DNA of 64,000 nucleotides, taken from positions 52,454,001 through 52,518,000 of the forward strand of contig NC_087436.1 of assembly GCF_036321535.1 (NCBI RefSeq), read 5' to 3'. Positions within the stretch are counted from its first letter, which is position 1. Each line of letters begins with the position of its first letter. This document shows positions 40,141-51,366 of this stretch, one piece after another. The notes under the pieces are model-generated. The model made no database searches. It worked only from the letters and a program-made list of their open reading frames with translations, and was not told where the DNA came from. The position numbers were made by a program, and so were the translations under genes. This stretch comes from Camelus dromedarius (Eukaryota).

Positions 40141-41199
40141 GGATGGGAAAATACTAAGCCAGTGCTAGTTTAATGAAGTTGAAAACATTTATAAACAATT
40201 TTATATGTGATAAAATGGAAATCACTTATTTTGAGAAGCTTGGTGCAAAAACCATTAGCATTTTGCTAAAATTGTTAGCATTCTGGCAAGGCGAGTCATT
40301 TAATAATGGCCATGTTCTTAACTATTAACACCCTATTCCTAAAATTATTTACATTACTTTATGAAGCATATTTTTAATTTTCAGAAAACTTTGAAAAAAA
40401 ATCTTACTTCTATATAGAAATGAATAGGTTTTAAAATACTTTCATTCAAATCGTCCTAAACTTTTGAAACAACTGCATAGTGTCAGAACTAAGAGCTGTC
40501 TTTGTCATTCTGTAGATGAGTAAACTAAGACTCAGAGAAAAAGTTCTTTCTCTCCTGGTGTCATGCAACAGGACTGGAATGTGAGGAGTATCAACTGCTC
40601 TGGGTAATTACATATACAGATCTCATGTATTAGTTTGATAGCTCCTGAGAAAATTATTTTTTCTCCATTTTAAAGACAAGAAAAGGATTAGCAGCCTTTA
40701 TTAACTTCCCTTACTCATGCAGAGAAAATAACAGAGCTAAGACTGTCTGCCCTCAAAGCCTACGTTCTCATGATATACTAACTCCTTTCAGTAGAATGAG
40801 GAACCCTACATAATCCTTAAGAACCTATCTGGATCTCCTCTCTCCCCACTCACCTGAGTCCATCAGTGAGCCTTTAATTGGATCAAGAAAGCTTCCACTG
40901 CATTTTACTGCTGAAGGAAAAACAGAGCAGATTAATGTGGAGGAGAAAATAAAGCTCAGTATAAGACCTTCCTAAAAGGTTAGAATCAGAGCTGAGAAAT
41001 CAATCTAGTAGATACAAAAATTTAATTATTTTGCATCAGGCACTGTGTGAAACTATGGGGATAAAAGATGAATGCTTTGCCACTGAGAAGTCTATATCTG
41101 GTGTGGGAGGCTAATGATGTCTGAAAAGTGTGACCAATTTGGTCTTACTTCTATCAAATCAAGATTTTTGAGAGAAGGTAATAAGTAGCATCTTCTATT

Positions 41200-41520
41200 T
41201 TTCAGAATAGGCTTCAATAGCAAAATAAACAGGAAATCTCAGTGGCTTAGTACAATAAATATTTATGTGCTGCTCATGCAAATTCAGAACAGATCTATGG
41301 TGATGGAAGTGGAGGCTCTTCTCCACACAGTCACTCAGGGGTCTAGACTGCACCATCAGGGACACATGGTCTCAAAGGTTGCCATGGAAGGGAAATAGAA
41401 AACAGAGGACTCATACCTGCTCTTTTATGCATTGTCCTGGAAGTAACTCATGTTACTTCTGCTTAAAGCCTCTGGCCAGAACTAGCCACAAGGAGCTGGA
41501 CATTATACAGGGAGCTGGAC
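41200..41520 (-). mobile_element. MLT1-type solo LTR remnant
   Basis: 'aaatctcagtggcttagtacaataaatatttat...gctcatgc...ctccacacagtcactcagggg...ctggaagtaactcatgttacttctgct...ggccagaactag'. Confidence 0.8.
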
Positions 41521-43689
41521 ATTCATTAAGCACTAAAATTCTCGGCTACCGATTTCAGCCAGTTTTGACAAGAGTCAAAGTGGAAGGTATAGAACAGCAT
41601 GATCTGGGAAATCTTTCCACAGGTTAGTAGAATGTTGATCTGAGATATGACATCCAAGGGGAAACCAAACTAAAACACCAGTAGGTAGAGGCCATAATGA
41701 AGGGCCTGGACTAGATCCTAGAAAGGAAAGACCAAAGAAGATGGGACTTGATGCAGACAAAGAGCAAGCAGCAGTTTCTTGAATCCCTGGGATACAGCCC
41801 AGGAGCCATTAGTAAGGTAACTAACTCTTTGCCTGAGTTATGTGTAAAGAGTGGTTTATTAAGAGGAATGAGCCAGTGCAGACACTCATTTCTAACTTTA
41901 CGTTTATATGTTTCTATGAATACCAGAAGGCTGTGCCTGCAGTTGGCTTTCTTTATTTGGAAAAAAGAGAGAAAAAACAACCCAGTTTCTAGAGAATTAA
42001 CTTCAACTTCCATTTGTCTGGAAGCTTGGAAGAGAGAAGTAAATAAATCACCTCATCATGTTTTTAAATTGTTTCAGATCTGGTGCTATGAAAGATTCCT
42101 TTGAGTATTACGAAATGGCCACAGAGGTGAACAATGCATAAAGCAATTTGGGAAACTGAAAATAAGAACGAAAATGGGTAGGAAAAAAAGGAGTAAAATC
42201 TGAAATTAGTAAGACTGGATGGAGCATATATAAACAGCAGAAGCACTTAGATGTCATTCACTTATGTCACATTTTTGCACGAACATATCTGTAAAAAATC
42301 ACTGGCATATACCACTTGCCCAATTTTATTAGGTGTCATTTGACATAAGAAAAGAATATTTCCCTAAGATACTATTTATGGCACACCAAAAATAAGACAT
42401 CTGTGCAGAAGTCTTGGACGTGGGGTATATGGTAACAGCTGAGCTAAATGGAACGTTGAGTAAATAATGAAGTACTTTATATTTGCCTACTTATTTCTGA
42501 ATTCATTTACATATTCCAGAATTCCAAGGAAGTAATCATACCTGTGCTTCACTAGATATAATTAAATGAATTATACTCAATCTTCTTCCCCAAAAGTTCT
42601 TGCAAAAATCTCATTTCCTTATTAATGTATTTACATGGTTAATGGAAAAAAAAAAAAACCCTTAAGCTTCAGTTTTGTACACAAAAAATTAATTGATGAC
42701 AGTGATTTCCAGAACTTTTTAAGGCAGATAAAGATGGAGAATGGTGTTTAAACTTTGTAGCAAGAGGAGTGGTCCAACAGAAGAGCTGCCTTAGAGAGTA
42801 ATGAGCTCCAATCATTTCAGCTCTTGACATGAAAGCTGACTCATTATTTGCCAAAGGGATTCCTAACAAATGATAAGGTTACTTAAGAATTTTTTCTAAA
42901 GTAACTTTTTGCATATCTTCTCTATAAGCTACTGTGTTTTTATGATTCCCTCATATTTATGCCCTTATATATTGAGACTTAAGAGATTGATCCCTTTCAA
43001 GTTAGGGAGTTAGTGTGAGATGAGAGAATTGTCTATATGTGTTGATGTGTAAAATTGTAATGGACCACTGCAGAACGTAAAAGATAAGCTCTTTGGAAGC
43101 TTCAGAAATCAGCTTGCCATGCCTTTTCATTTGAACAATAATGAAATAGCACTGGCCCTAGGCCCCTGGGAGTTGATTAGTAGAAATACAGTAAATGAAG
43201 AAGATATTTTACTAACATAAGTTTGGCCAAATGGCTGGGCCTACCCACTATTGATGCTCATATCCATTTTGGCTTTCCAAGAGTGGGACTTTATATCTCT
43301 AGTACCATAAGCCTGTTTGTCTTCAGCTCTGTTCCGAACACCTTCAGGATATCCCAGCCTCCATTTCAGAGAGGCAAGTAACAAAAATAATCTGTTAGAT
43401 TCTATCTTCAGTGAAGAAGGTACCTGATATTTAAAGTACCTTAAAGTGAAGCATGGAATAAATTCCTGAAAATAAGAGTTGGGAGTCTGTTTAAGCTGTT
43501 TTGCAATGATATTTTGGGACTCTCATCATCTGAATACTTCTTAAGAAATTGGTTAGTCACTCTGGAAAAATATGGTTTATTTAAAATCCTAACAACCTGA
43601 AAACATACCGCTGAACTAAGACAATTTATTTTAGCCCAAACTAGAAGTTTAAGGCTTAATTGCTTGCTTTAATATATGCTTTCTGGACT

Positions 43690-43830
43690 CTCACTTAATC
43701 CTCTAAAAACATTTGAAGTTGCCATGGTAATTATCTCCATTTTTTCATGGGGAAACCAAGGCATAAAGAGGCCAAGAAACTCAGGACTAAGGGAAGGAAC
43801 CAGGATTTGAACACAGAGCTCATGCTCGTT
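43690..43830 (-). mobile_element. MIR
   Basis: 'ctcacttaatcctc...ttatctccatttttt...ggaaaccaaggcataaagagg...ccaggatttgaac'. Confidence 0.7.
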
Positions 43831-44419
43831 GCCAGTTCATGAGATCATCTTTTGGCATTTCTACCATTTCAGATGATTTTTTTTTTCTGTGACAAGCTGG
43901 CAGAGAGAAAGAAGGCAAATATGGAAAGGAAGTTTAATTTGGGTGCTTACTAATGGTGCCCCCTGAATCAATCTCAGCACCACACAAGTTAAATTAGCCT
44001 CATCAGTGTTGGAGTCTCCATTATACAATTTCTTCAGTATCACAGATGTCAGTGGCCAACTTTGAGATGTACTTGGATAGAATCCTGAGATTGCTCTGGT
44101 ATGACCTCACAACAGCTTACCTTTCAGATTCAACAAGGATACAGAAGATGGATTGTGAAAAAACACAAGGAAAAACATCTTTTCATCTCTCAGGTTAAGG
44201 TGGTGTAGGTCTCTTCACGTATTTTCTTTTATTAAAGTGCTCTTAAATCACACACTTCTCAATAATTAAAATACTCAAGGAGGTTAGAATACAAAATGTT
44301 TGTATAAATATTACCACTCAAAATATTAAATTAAACAAAAAGTATCAGATTAAACAAAAGCTTTGTTTTTTTAAAGACAGAAATAATGTTTTACTCTGAA
44401 ATCTTTGTAAGAAAAATAA

Positions 44420-45560
44420 ACAAATATAAGATACACACCATCTATAATTCACTACCTGGAGATAAGCATTGTTAACATTTTCTATTTTATATGTATATAT
44501 ATATTCAAACATATATATATATATGCATATGTGCATTTAAATACATATGTACATGCAAAGAAATATCATGAATATATTTCCACATCTATAAAAATTTCTC
44601 TAATACTATTTTGTGGCAGAATATTGCATCTTATTCCCCAATAATTAATGTTGTTGACAAATGTGTGTAATAACATAAACTTTAACGAGCACCTTCATTT
44701 TCAGAATAAGTTCCTAAACATATTATTGCAAGTTCAGAGTATGGTTCTTTAACTTAGACATACATTGCTTTGATGTATCAATAACTTTGATGTATACAGC
44801 CAAGTCACACCTCAGAAAGGTTATACATACACCAAGAATAAGACAGTAACTTTCTTTGAACATTCATCAAAATTGGGTATTGTCAGAAAATATACCTAAT
44901 TATATTTGAAAGACAAAAACTGTTATCTCAATTATTGAATATCCATTTCTTTGATTTCTTCTGAGATAACTATACTCTTCCATTTTATTGGCCTTCTGTT
45001 TCTTCTTTGATGACTTATTTTGTCCATTATTCAGTTGCAGAGTCATTGTTTTATTGTTGGTCAAGAGGTCATTACATATTAAGGATATCAAATCTTTATT
45101 ATGTATTGTTTTTCAAGTTGCCTTTTCATTGTATGGTGTGTTGAGTCAAAAATCTTTTAACTTATATGTAAGAAAACAGATCAAGTCTTTCTTTTATGTA
45201 CTGTGCTTTTGCTGTCATGCATAAAGTGTACTCTCCACCCCAGTTATATGCAGATAGTCACCCACGTTCTCTTTTAACATGTAAGAAATTTATTTTGGTA
45301 TTTGAAGTAAAATAGATACCTAACTTTAATTCTTAAAAGATTATTAATAACTTGTCAAAACTCATTTATTAAAGAACGTATCCTACTCATCATATTTGCT
45401 ATATGTTAAATTCACCTATATCTAATCTCTCTACACACACACGTCTAATACACAAACATATCTGGAAATACATCTATGTAAATATGTAGACAGCTGTATA
45501 TATTTCTGTCCGTACTTTCCGTTTTATGTCATTGATCTGTCTGTCTCTTCTGGTAATCAC
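44420..45560 (-). mobile_element. Old L1 (L1ME-type) 3' region, antisense
   Basis: 'gttaacatttt', 'ccatttctttgatttctt...ttattggccttctgtttcttc...tgtccattattc...tattaaggatatcaa'. Confidence 0.65.
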
Positions 45561-45602
45561 CTCTGTTTCAATGAATTATTTTTACCTTAAAAATACCTTC
45601 TT

Positions 45603-45777
45603 AGATAAAAAACAAATTTCTTCTGTATAGCACAGGGAACTATATTCAATATCTTGCAATAACATTTAATGAAAAAGAATATGAAAATGAATATATGTAT
45701 ATATCTCTATGACTGGACATTATGCTGTACATCAGAAATCAATAGATTGTAACTGAATATATGTCAATTAAAAAAAA
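45603..45777 (+). mobile_element. Artiodactyl/camelid L1 3' tail
   Basis: 'ctgtatagcacagggaactatattcaatatcttg...gaaaaagaatatg...tatgctgtacatcagaaa...tcaattaaaaaaaa'. Confidence 0.85.
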
Positions 45778-47099
45778 CCTGATCTATTAAGACAAAGCTG
45801 ATCCATCATATTACTTCTATTTTTCCCTTTGTTTTTTTTTGCCTAGCCATTTAAAAATGCATTTCTTAGATTTTGTTTTTTATTTTTTCATCTACAAGTC
45901 TTATCCTTTAAATAGACATCATATTCTACCATCAAGCCTTCTTGGAATAGGAATCTAGTTTTTCTCATAAATGTTTAGCAGTCAGCCATGAAAATCAAAG
46001 AAGTCAAAATGCTATGGAATCCCTTCAGCAGTGATTGTGACCAACATCAGTGGTAACCATATGTGTTGAAAACTCCAGAGTTAAAGCAGAACAAGGAGCA
46101 GGAAGTGTGGCCATGCGAGTGTTCCACTGTGAGTTCATGGCCACACCCCAATTTATTTCTGGAAAGTACATGTGACATCTATTCACATACATTGCTATCT
46201 TTATACTCTCCAGGATATGCCAAATAAAGTAACAACTCCAAAGGCTGTCTGTTTTAGAAAATTAATTAGAAACAAGGGTAAAATTAAGTTGTATACACAC
46301 AATAGAAACTTGGAGGCTCTTCTGAAACTTGGTATAACTTAGGATGAAAGAAGCTAGTGTTTTGATCAGTTGACTTGGTCTAACCACCCTTATAATGGGT
46401 CCTTCCCAGCACCGTGCAGCAGTGAAACGTGCGTCCTCCTTATGAATAGGTAAAGGTATAATTTTGGAATAATTTTCTTGGTGGAGCAGATGAATCTATA
46501 CTGATCCATCGACACCCATTTGTCCTGGAGGTTTCATGCCTAAAGATGCATGACAGGTTGATTGGCTGAGATTAGATGAGCAGCCTGTGGCTGAGGAAAA
46601 GTATAGAATTACTCGGCATACACAGAGATTTTAGCTGAGACTATGGCAGCATCATCATCATGTTCTAATCAATTGTTCCTGACATCAAAGAGGCCTCTGA
46701 TACACACAGTATCTTGCCTGATTGGCATTCTGGTCTGAAGACTCCATCTCTCCTGACCTCACTGGTTACCCCAGTGCTGTTCAAATCACATTTCCTAGAG
46801 AAGAGTATCCATGGGGTTTTATAAGTAATTTTTCCTTTTTCTTCATCAAGTTCCAACAATAAGACCAGGAACGACCAGTGGACATTCACACATCACTGCT
46901 CAATTCTATCAGAAATAGCCTGAAAAATCCCCCTGACCACCTGTCAGAAGTCTCTCACTTACCCAAGTCAGAGTGTAATCTGTGTTTTTTGCACTTTTCT
47001 CCAGAAAGGTAGTCTTTCCCAATCTGGGCTTTCAAGTTGGAAAGAGAGAAGAAAAGTGGATTCCTTGTGGATTCTGCTCTAAAATTTAACCCTCAGGCA

Positions 47100-47554
47100 G
47101 CTAAAGCCTCTTTATCCAAACCCAGTCGCTGTTTAATGAGGCCCCTTGATAATCACTCAAAAACACACTTTCAAAACAAAAGTTAGAAAGCCTGTATGAC
47201 CCGTTCCCAAGAAAGATCTCTTTCTGTTCAAAACCCGTCCTGACCTTTTTGTTGAAGAAGAACAAAATAATGTAGTAACAAAAACACAAGTGGCTGCCAA
47301 AGGAAGAGAAAAAAAAAAAAAAAAGTTCCTGTAAGGGACTGAAACAATAAATCTCCTCTCTGCTGAACTCCCAAAGGGAATGTGTGCATTTCCTCCCGTT
47401 CTTTATCAGAGCCCCTGCAATAAGTAGGAATGGGCAGTGGCTGTTCACATGCAGCACACCTTTTCCATTTGCTAAGAAGGACCTGCCAGGCCAGGAGGGA
47501 GTTGTCCCTGCCTGACTCGGGAGAGAGGAGCCACGGTGACCATCCACAGGCACC
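47100..47554 (+). promoter_or_regulatory. EMCN: EMCN proximal promoter and 5' UTR
   Basis: Unique DNA just upstream of the ATG with TGATAA (~47147), TTCCTGT ETS (~47326), AACAAT SOX (~47343), ATTTCCT ETS (~47388), TTATCA GATA (~47403); 47376-47554 resembles the human EMCN mRNA 5' end as I recall it; TSS not determinable. Confidence 0.8.
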
Positions 47555-47624
47555 ATGAAACGGCTTCAAGTGACCATCCTTTGTCTTCTTCTGTCCAGTC
47601 TTTGTAACAGTGAGGACAAAACAG
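47555..47624 (+). CDS. EMCN: Endomucin coding exon 1 (signal peptide), phase-1 donor
   Basis: gcaccATG context; MKRLQVTILCLLLSSLCNSEDKT-G resembles human EMCN MELLQVTILFLLPSICSSNSTG (from recall); hydrophobic core; donor CAG|gtactg at 47624/47625. Confidence 0.9.
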
Positions 47625-50394
47625 GTACTGTTTTCTCTTATTGCTCTGTTGGTGTGGATACTAGTAGGGGAGCTCTGAGCCTCAGTTTACCTCCAGGGAA
47701 CTTCCCCGGCAACGTAGATGCAGCAGCTCATTTGCTGAGTCGAGTGTGTGGATGGTGAGTGGGAGTCGTGGAGAAGGCTCCACAGAGAGGATGCTTGTTT
47801 CACTGAAGGAAAATGTTTGGTGTTGCAGTGGCCGTGAAGTGTGTTCCATGGCATCAGAAAGGCACTGGGATTATACACTAGCCTTCTTGGAGAATAAAAA
47901 TCTAGGGAGAAAATGCTGGCTGAAAACATACTATTTCTCAAAAATGTGCTCTTTTCAGACATAAGTCTAGAAGTAACAAGATCGTCACGTATGGGTGAAA
48001 GGCTGTAATCAGAAATACTGCATTTCAAATGTTGGCCTGTATTTGTCCCAATTATCTTTTGGCTCTAATAAACTGAGAAGTTGGAGAAGGCTGCCTAGGG
48101 AAGTGAATCTTAATATCTTGAAGGAGCAGAGTGAGAAAAGAGGAAAGTCATTTGATTAAGGTTTATAGATGCTTGCTTAGAAATGAGCACATACCTACAC
48201 ATATATGTACAACATTTTGCATAACATTTCAGTGAATTTATAGACATAAAAACCCTACCCGTTGACGGCAGGTTCTGAAACTTAGGTAAAGGATATACAC
48301 GCACCTACCTAAGCCCTGACTATATTAATGACCAGTAGCAAGAAATGATTACATATGACTTTTAACCCTTCGAGAGGGGTTTACTGTGAGCAATTAAATT
48401 TAATCAATATTTATTATGCTCCCTCCATGTACAAGGAATAAAAAAAAAGAGTAAGACATTGTCCTTGCCCACAGTGATAAATGTACTATTGGGAGAAATA
48501 ACTGTGTAATTCTAATATAAGACCAATTTAATAAGTGTGAAAACCAAAGTACACACTATCATAAAAGAACACAGTTGGGACACATTGATTCTGCCTGTGA
48601 GGAGCCCTGGGGAAAAAACTCAGTTCTAATTTTATTTTGCATGTGTTCTTTACAAAAGTTTACTGCATACAAAATTCAATTTACAGTGATTACGTAGGAA
48701 AAAATAAGCACAACCCTTGAAAAATATTTATCATTAATTTCTCAAAATGTGTACATAAATTTAGGACAGATTCCCAAACACTTCAAAATCACACACATTT
48801 GCTTACCATCCATCTGGGAGTTGCCAGCATTAAGTTGCAGTGGGTATCAAGCCCAGGAAATTTAGATGAGTTACTAAGTTACGATTTTTTAAAATAAATA
48901 ATATTTATGAAGTGACACAGAAATCAATGCACTAGCTTGTAAGTAACTCTACAGTATGCATGGGAGAGATTGATAGGCTCCCGATGCTGTGAGAAACACT
49001 GTTCATAAACGTGTGTCAGGTCCATATGAATTCTGAACGTCTGGGTTCAGTGGCTCCCCATCCCAGGTCTGCAAGCATCACTAAGTACACTACTTTCCCG
49101 GGCAGTGTTAAACTCTGAATGGATGACATGTCCTTCTGAAAGCAAAGTGGGATAGAATCAATAGAAGCAGCCTGCAAAATCTGGCCATAAGGAAGATGAA
49201 AATGTAAAGGATAACCCAGAAAGGACCTGGTAGATTTTTCTCTTACGGTTGTTTTGGGAAAATACCAATGTCCTTTAGATCACTGGTAATGAGCCCAGTC
49301 TCTCTGTTACTGGTATCTTCTTTCTAATGAACTATTCACCCAAGTAAGATAATTTCTCATGTGAGCAGAGACAACTGTTACATAATGACTATCGCCTTTA
49401 CCCTCTGCCAACAAGGCTTTGTTAATTTAAGGCAAGTGTCTGTAAAATCTACCTTATTTATCCTAGAAAAAGAAGCTCTAGCTCAGGAGCATAAATTGAC
49501 CATCTAAGGGGTGCCTAGAAGGACCTGTAAGAGATTTTCCCATCCGTGTGTTTGATTTTGTTGCCCCTGGCTCTGCCTGTTTTATGTTTTCCTCCCCAGA
49601 TACGGCACAGGAAATGAAACATTTCCTAAGCTGATTTATTAAGTTCTTTTCCTAACCCCCTGTACCGGAAACACATTGATTTCAAAGCTATATATGTTCC
49701 CCAAGCTTAGAATGCTTAACATATTTCATCAGCAGAGATGATTATAGGGGTACAGAGGGAGGCAGTTCATCTGCCTTAAATTCACAAGTTGTCAAGAAGA
49801 TCCATGCTTTTTTGCATAGTAATTTATTCCTAAATAATAATCTTTTAAAGAAATTGACTACTTTTTTTTTCTTTCTGACTTTTTTGTCAGTCTCAGATTT
49901 AAATAAATACAATCTAGTCTTTTGTGCTTTTTGTGAAAATCAAGGAAATCTTTGTACATGACAGTGAGTGACTTTCTATTACTTGGTTGGTGGTATAATA
50001 TTTTACAGTCTCCAATTTGGAAAGCTGTTCTATTGAAATATGTATGGGAGGTTCCTGAAAAGGAACTGTCATTCTTTCCCAAGATTTTCTAAATTGTATT
50101 GAAAACTGAACAGACCCCTACAGTGGCTTTTAAGCTCCTTTGGCTTTTAAGTCTAGATCGATGAGTTTTTCACTGTCAGGACTGAGTAAAATTAAATGAA
50201 GAAGGATTCCAAGAAAAAGGAGGCTCTGGAAGCAATTTACTTTTCAAGTGCCATTTGCTTTTTTGAACTTTACATTAATTTAGGAAGGATTAAAATGTTT
50301 TAGGCATTTGCAAGCTGGAACAAACATCACTTTATTGGTCTCTGAAGAAGAATTTAATTGCTTGTAGAAATTCATTTGTTAGTGATTGAACATT

Positions 50395-51090
50395 CAATTT
50401 CATGGGGTAAAAAATGGATTAAACACAGTTATAAGACAGATATTATGCTAAACACTGTAGGTTTATAGACATCAGTGACTCAGCTTTTGCCCTAGAAGAG
50501 GGGGAGACAGGAGGATAAGCCAAATCATTACAAATTTGATTCTATTGTAAGCCTTAAGTGGTAAATAAAGACTGCTATGGAGAATTCACAACTAGCTTAG
50601 TTTTGAGTATAGGGACATCAGAAAAGCCTTCATATGAAAGTGGAAATTATAATAAACTTTGAAACTTAAAAAACAGGAGATTCTAGATGGATGAAATTTC
50701 TTGAGTAGGAACATTAAAACATCAGTCAGTATGTTCTAGTATAAAGATGTAGGGAGGTCACAGATTGGACAGAGTGACCAGAGTGTTGGGAAATACAGCC
50801 CTCAGATATGTTGAATCCTGGAATGAGACATATTGACTCATATAGCTAATTAGTTTAGAGTCTCTAAGTGTGTTTGAGCATGAGAATATCAGAAATAGGG
50901 AAATGGACTTGGAGGAGAAATTGGAAAAGATAAGAGGAGATGGTTTAGGGAGAAAATGATGAATTTGATTTTGAACATAGTGAGCGTGAAATCCTAATAA
51001 GATACTCAATAGAGATGTCCAGTGGTAAATTAAAATTGTCTGCTGGGTGGTTGGAATGCCCCTGGAGCTGCAGATGATGGTGAGGGGTTG
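50395..51090 (-). mobile_element. L2 fragment, antisense
   Basis: 'gatgaatttgattttgaacatagtgagcgtgaaatccta...gagatgtccagtgg' and upstream tail-like sequence. Confidence 0.65.
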
Positions 51091-51149
51091 AATGGTCTTT
51101 ATGCTTGTCTCCCAAGAGTATTTTAGTCTCATCCTGCCCGCTGGGAGAT

Positions 51150-51366
51150 TTAATAACATAGAGAAACAGTTTATTTCTCTTCTGGATGCCCATCTTTATA
51201 ACTCTCTCATGGCACTTACTTTCCAACCTTATCATAGTTATCTGTGTGCATATCTGATCTCCTTTACCAGACTGTAAGTACCTTGAAAGTCAGGGTCATA
51301 TTCATTATAGTTTGTCCATTAACAGTTCTAAACACATAATAAGGATACAATTATCTGAATGAATGC
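51150..51366 (+). mobile_element. L2 3' end
   Basis: 'ccagactgtaagtaccttgaaagtcagggtcatattc...acagttctaaacacataataagg...tgaatgaatg'. Confidence 0.75.

Noticed and set aside
39898..40173. Paralogous ORFs in both duplicate copies (MSKTASG.../MGKTASG..., also 52618-52959) as a novel micro-protein family
   Set aside because: Only about 5-6 of the 15 differences are synonymous, near neutral expectation; radical changes (C/W, P/L, G/E); different C-termini; no recognisable domain. The similarity is explained by DNA duplication.
47101..47569. Antisense ORFs (151 and 113 aa) across the EMCN promoter
   Set aside because: They run through a poly-A tract giving poly-Phe, show no homology I recognise, and are likely chance.
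47625..47758. 67-aa ORF 47555-47758 as a complete protein
   Set aside because: EMCN similarity ends at the donor at 47624; the rest is intron read-through.
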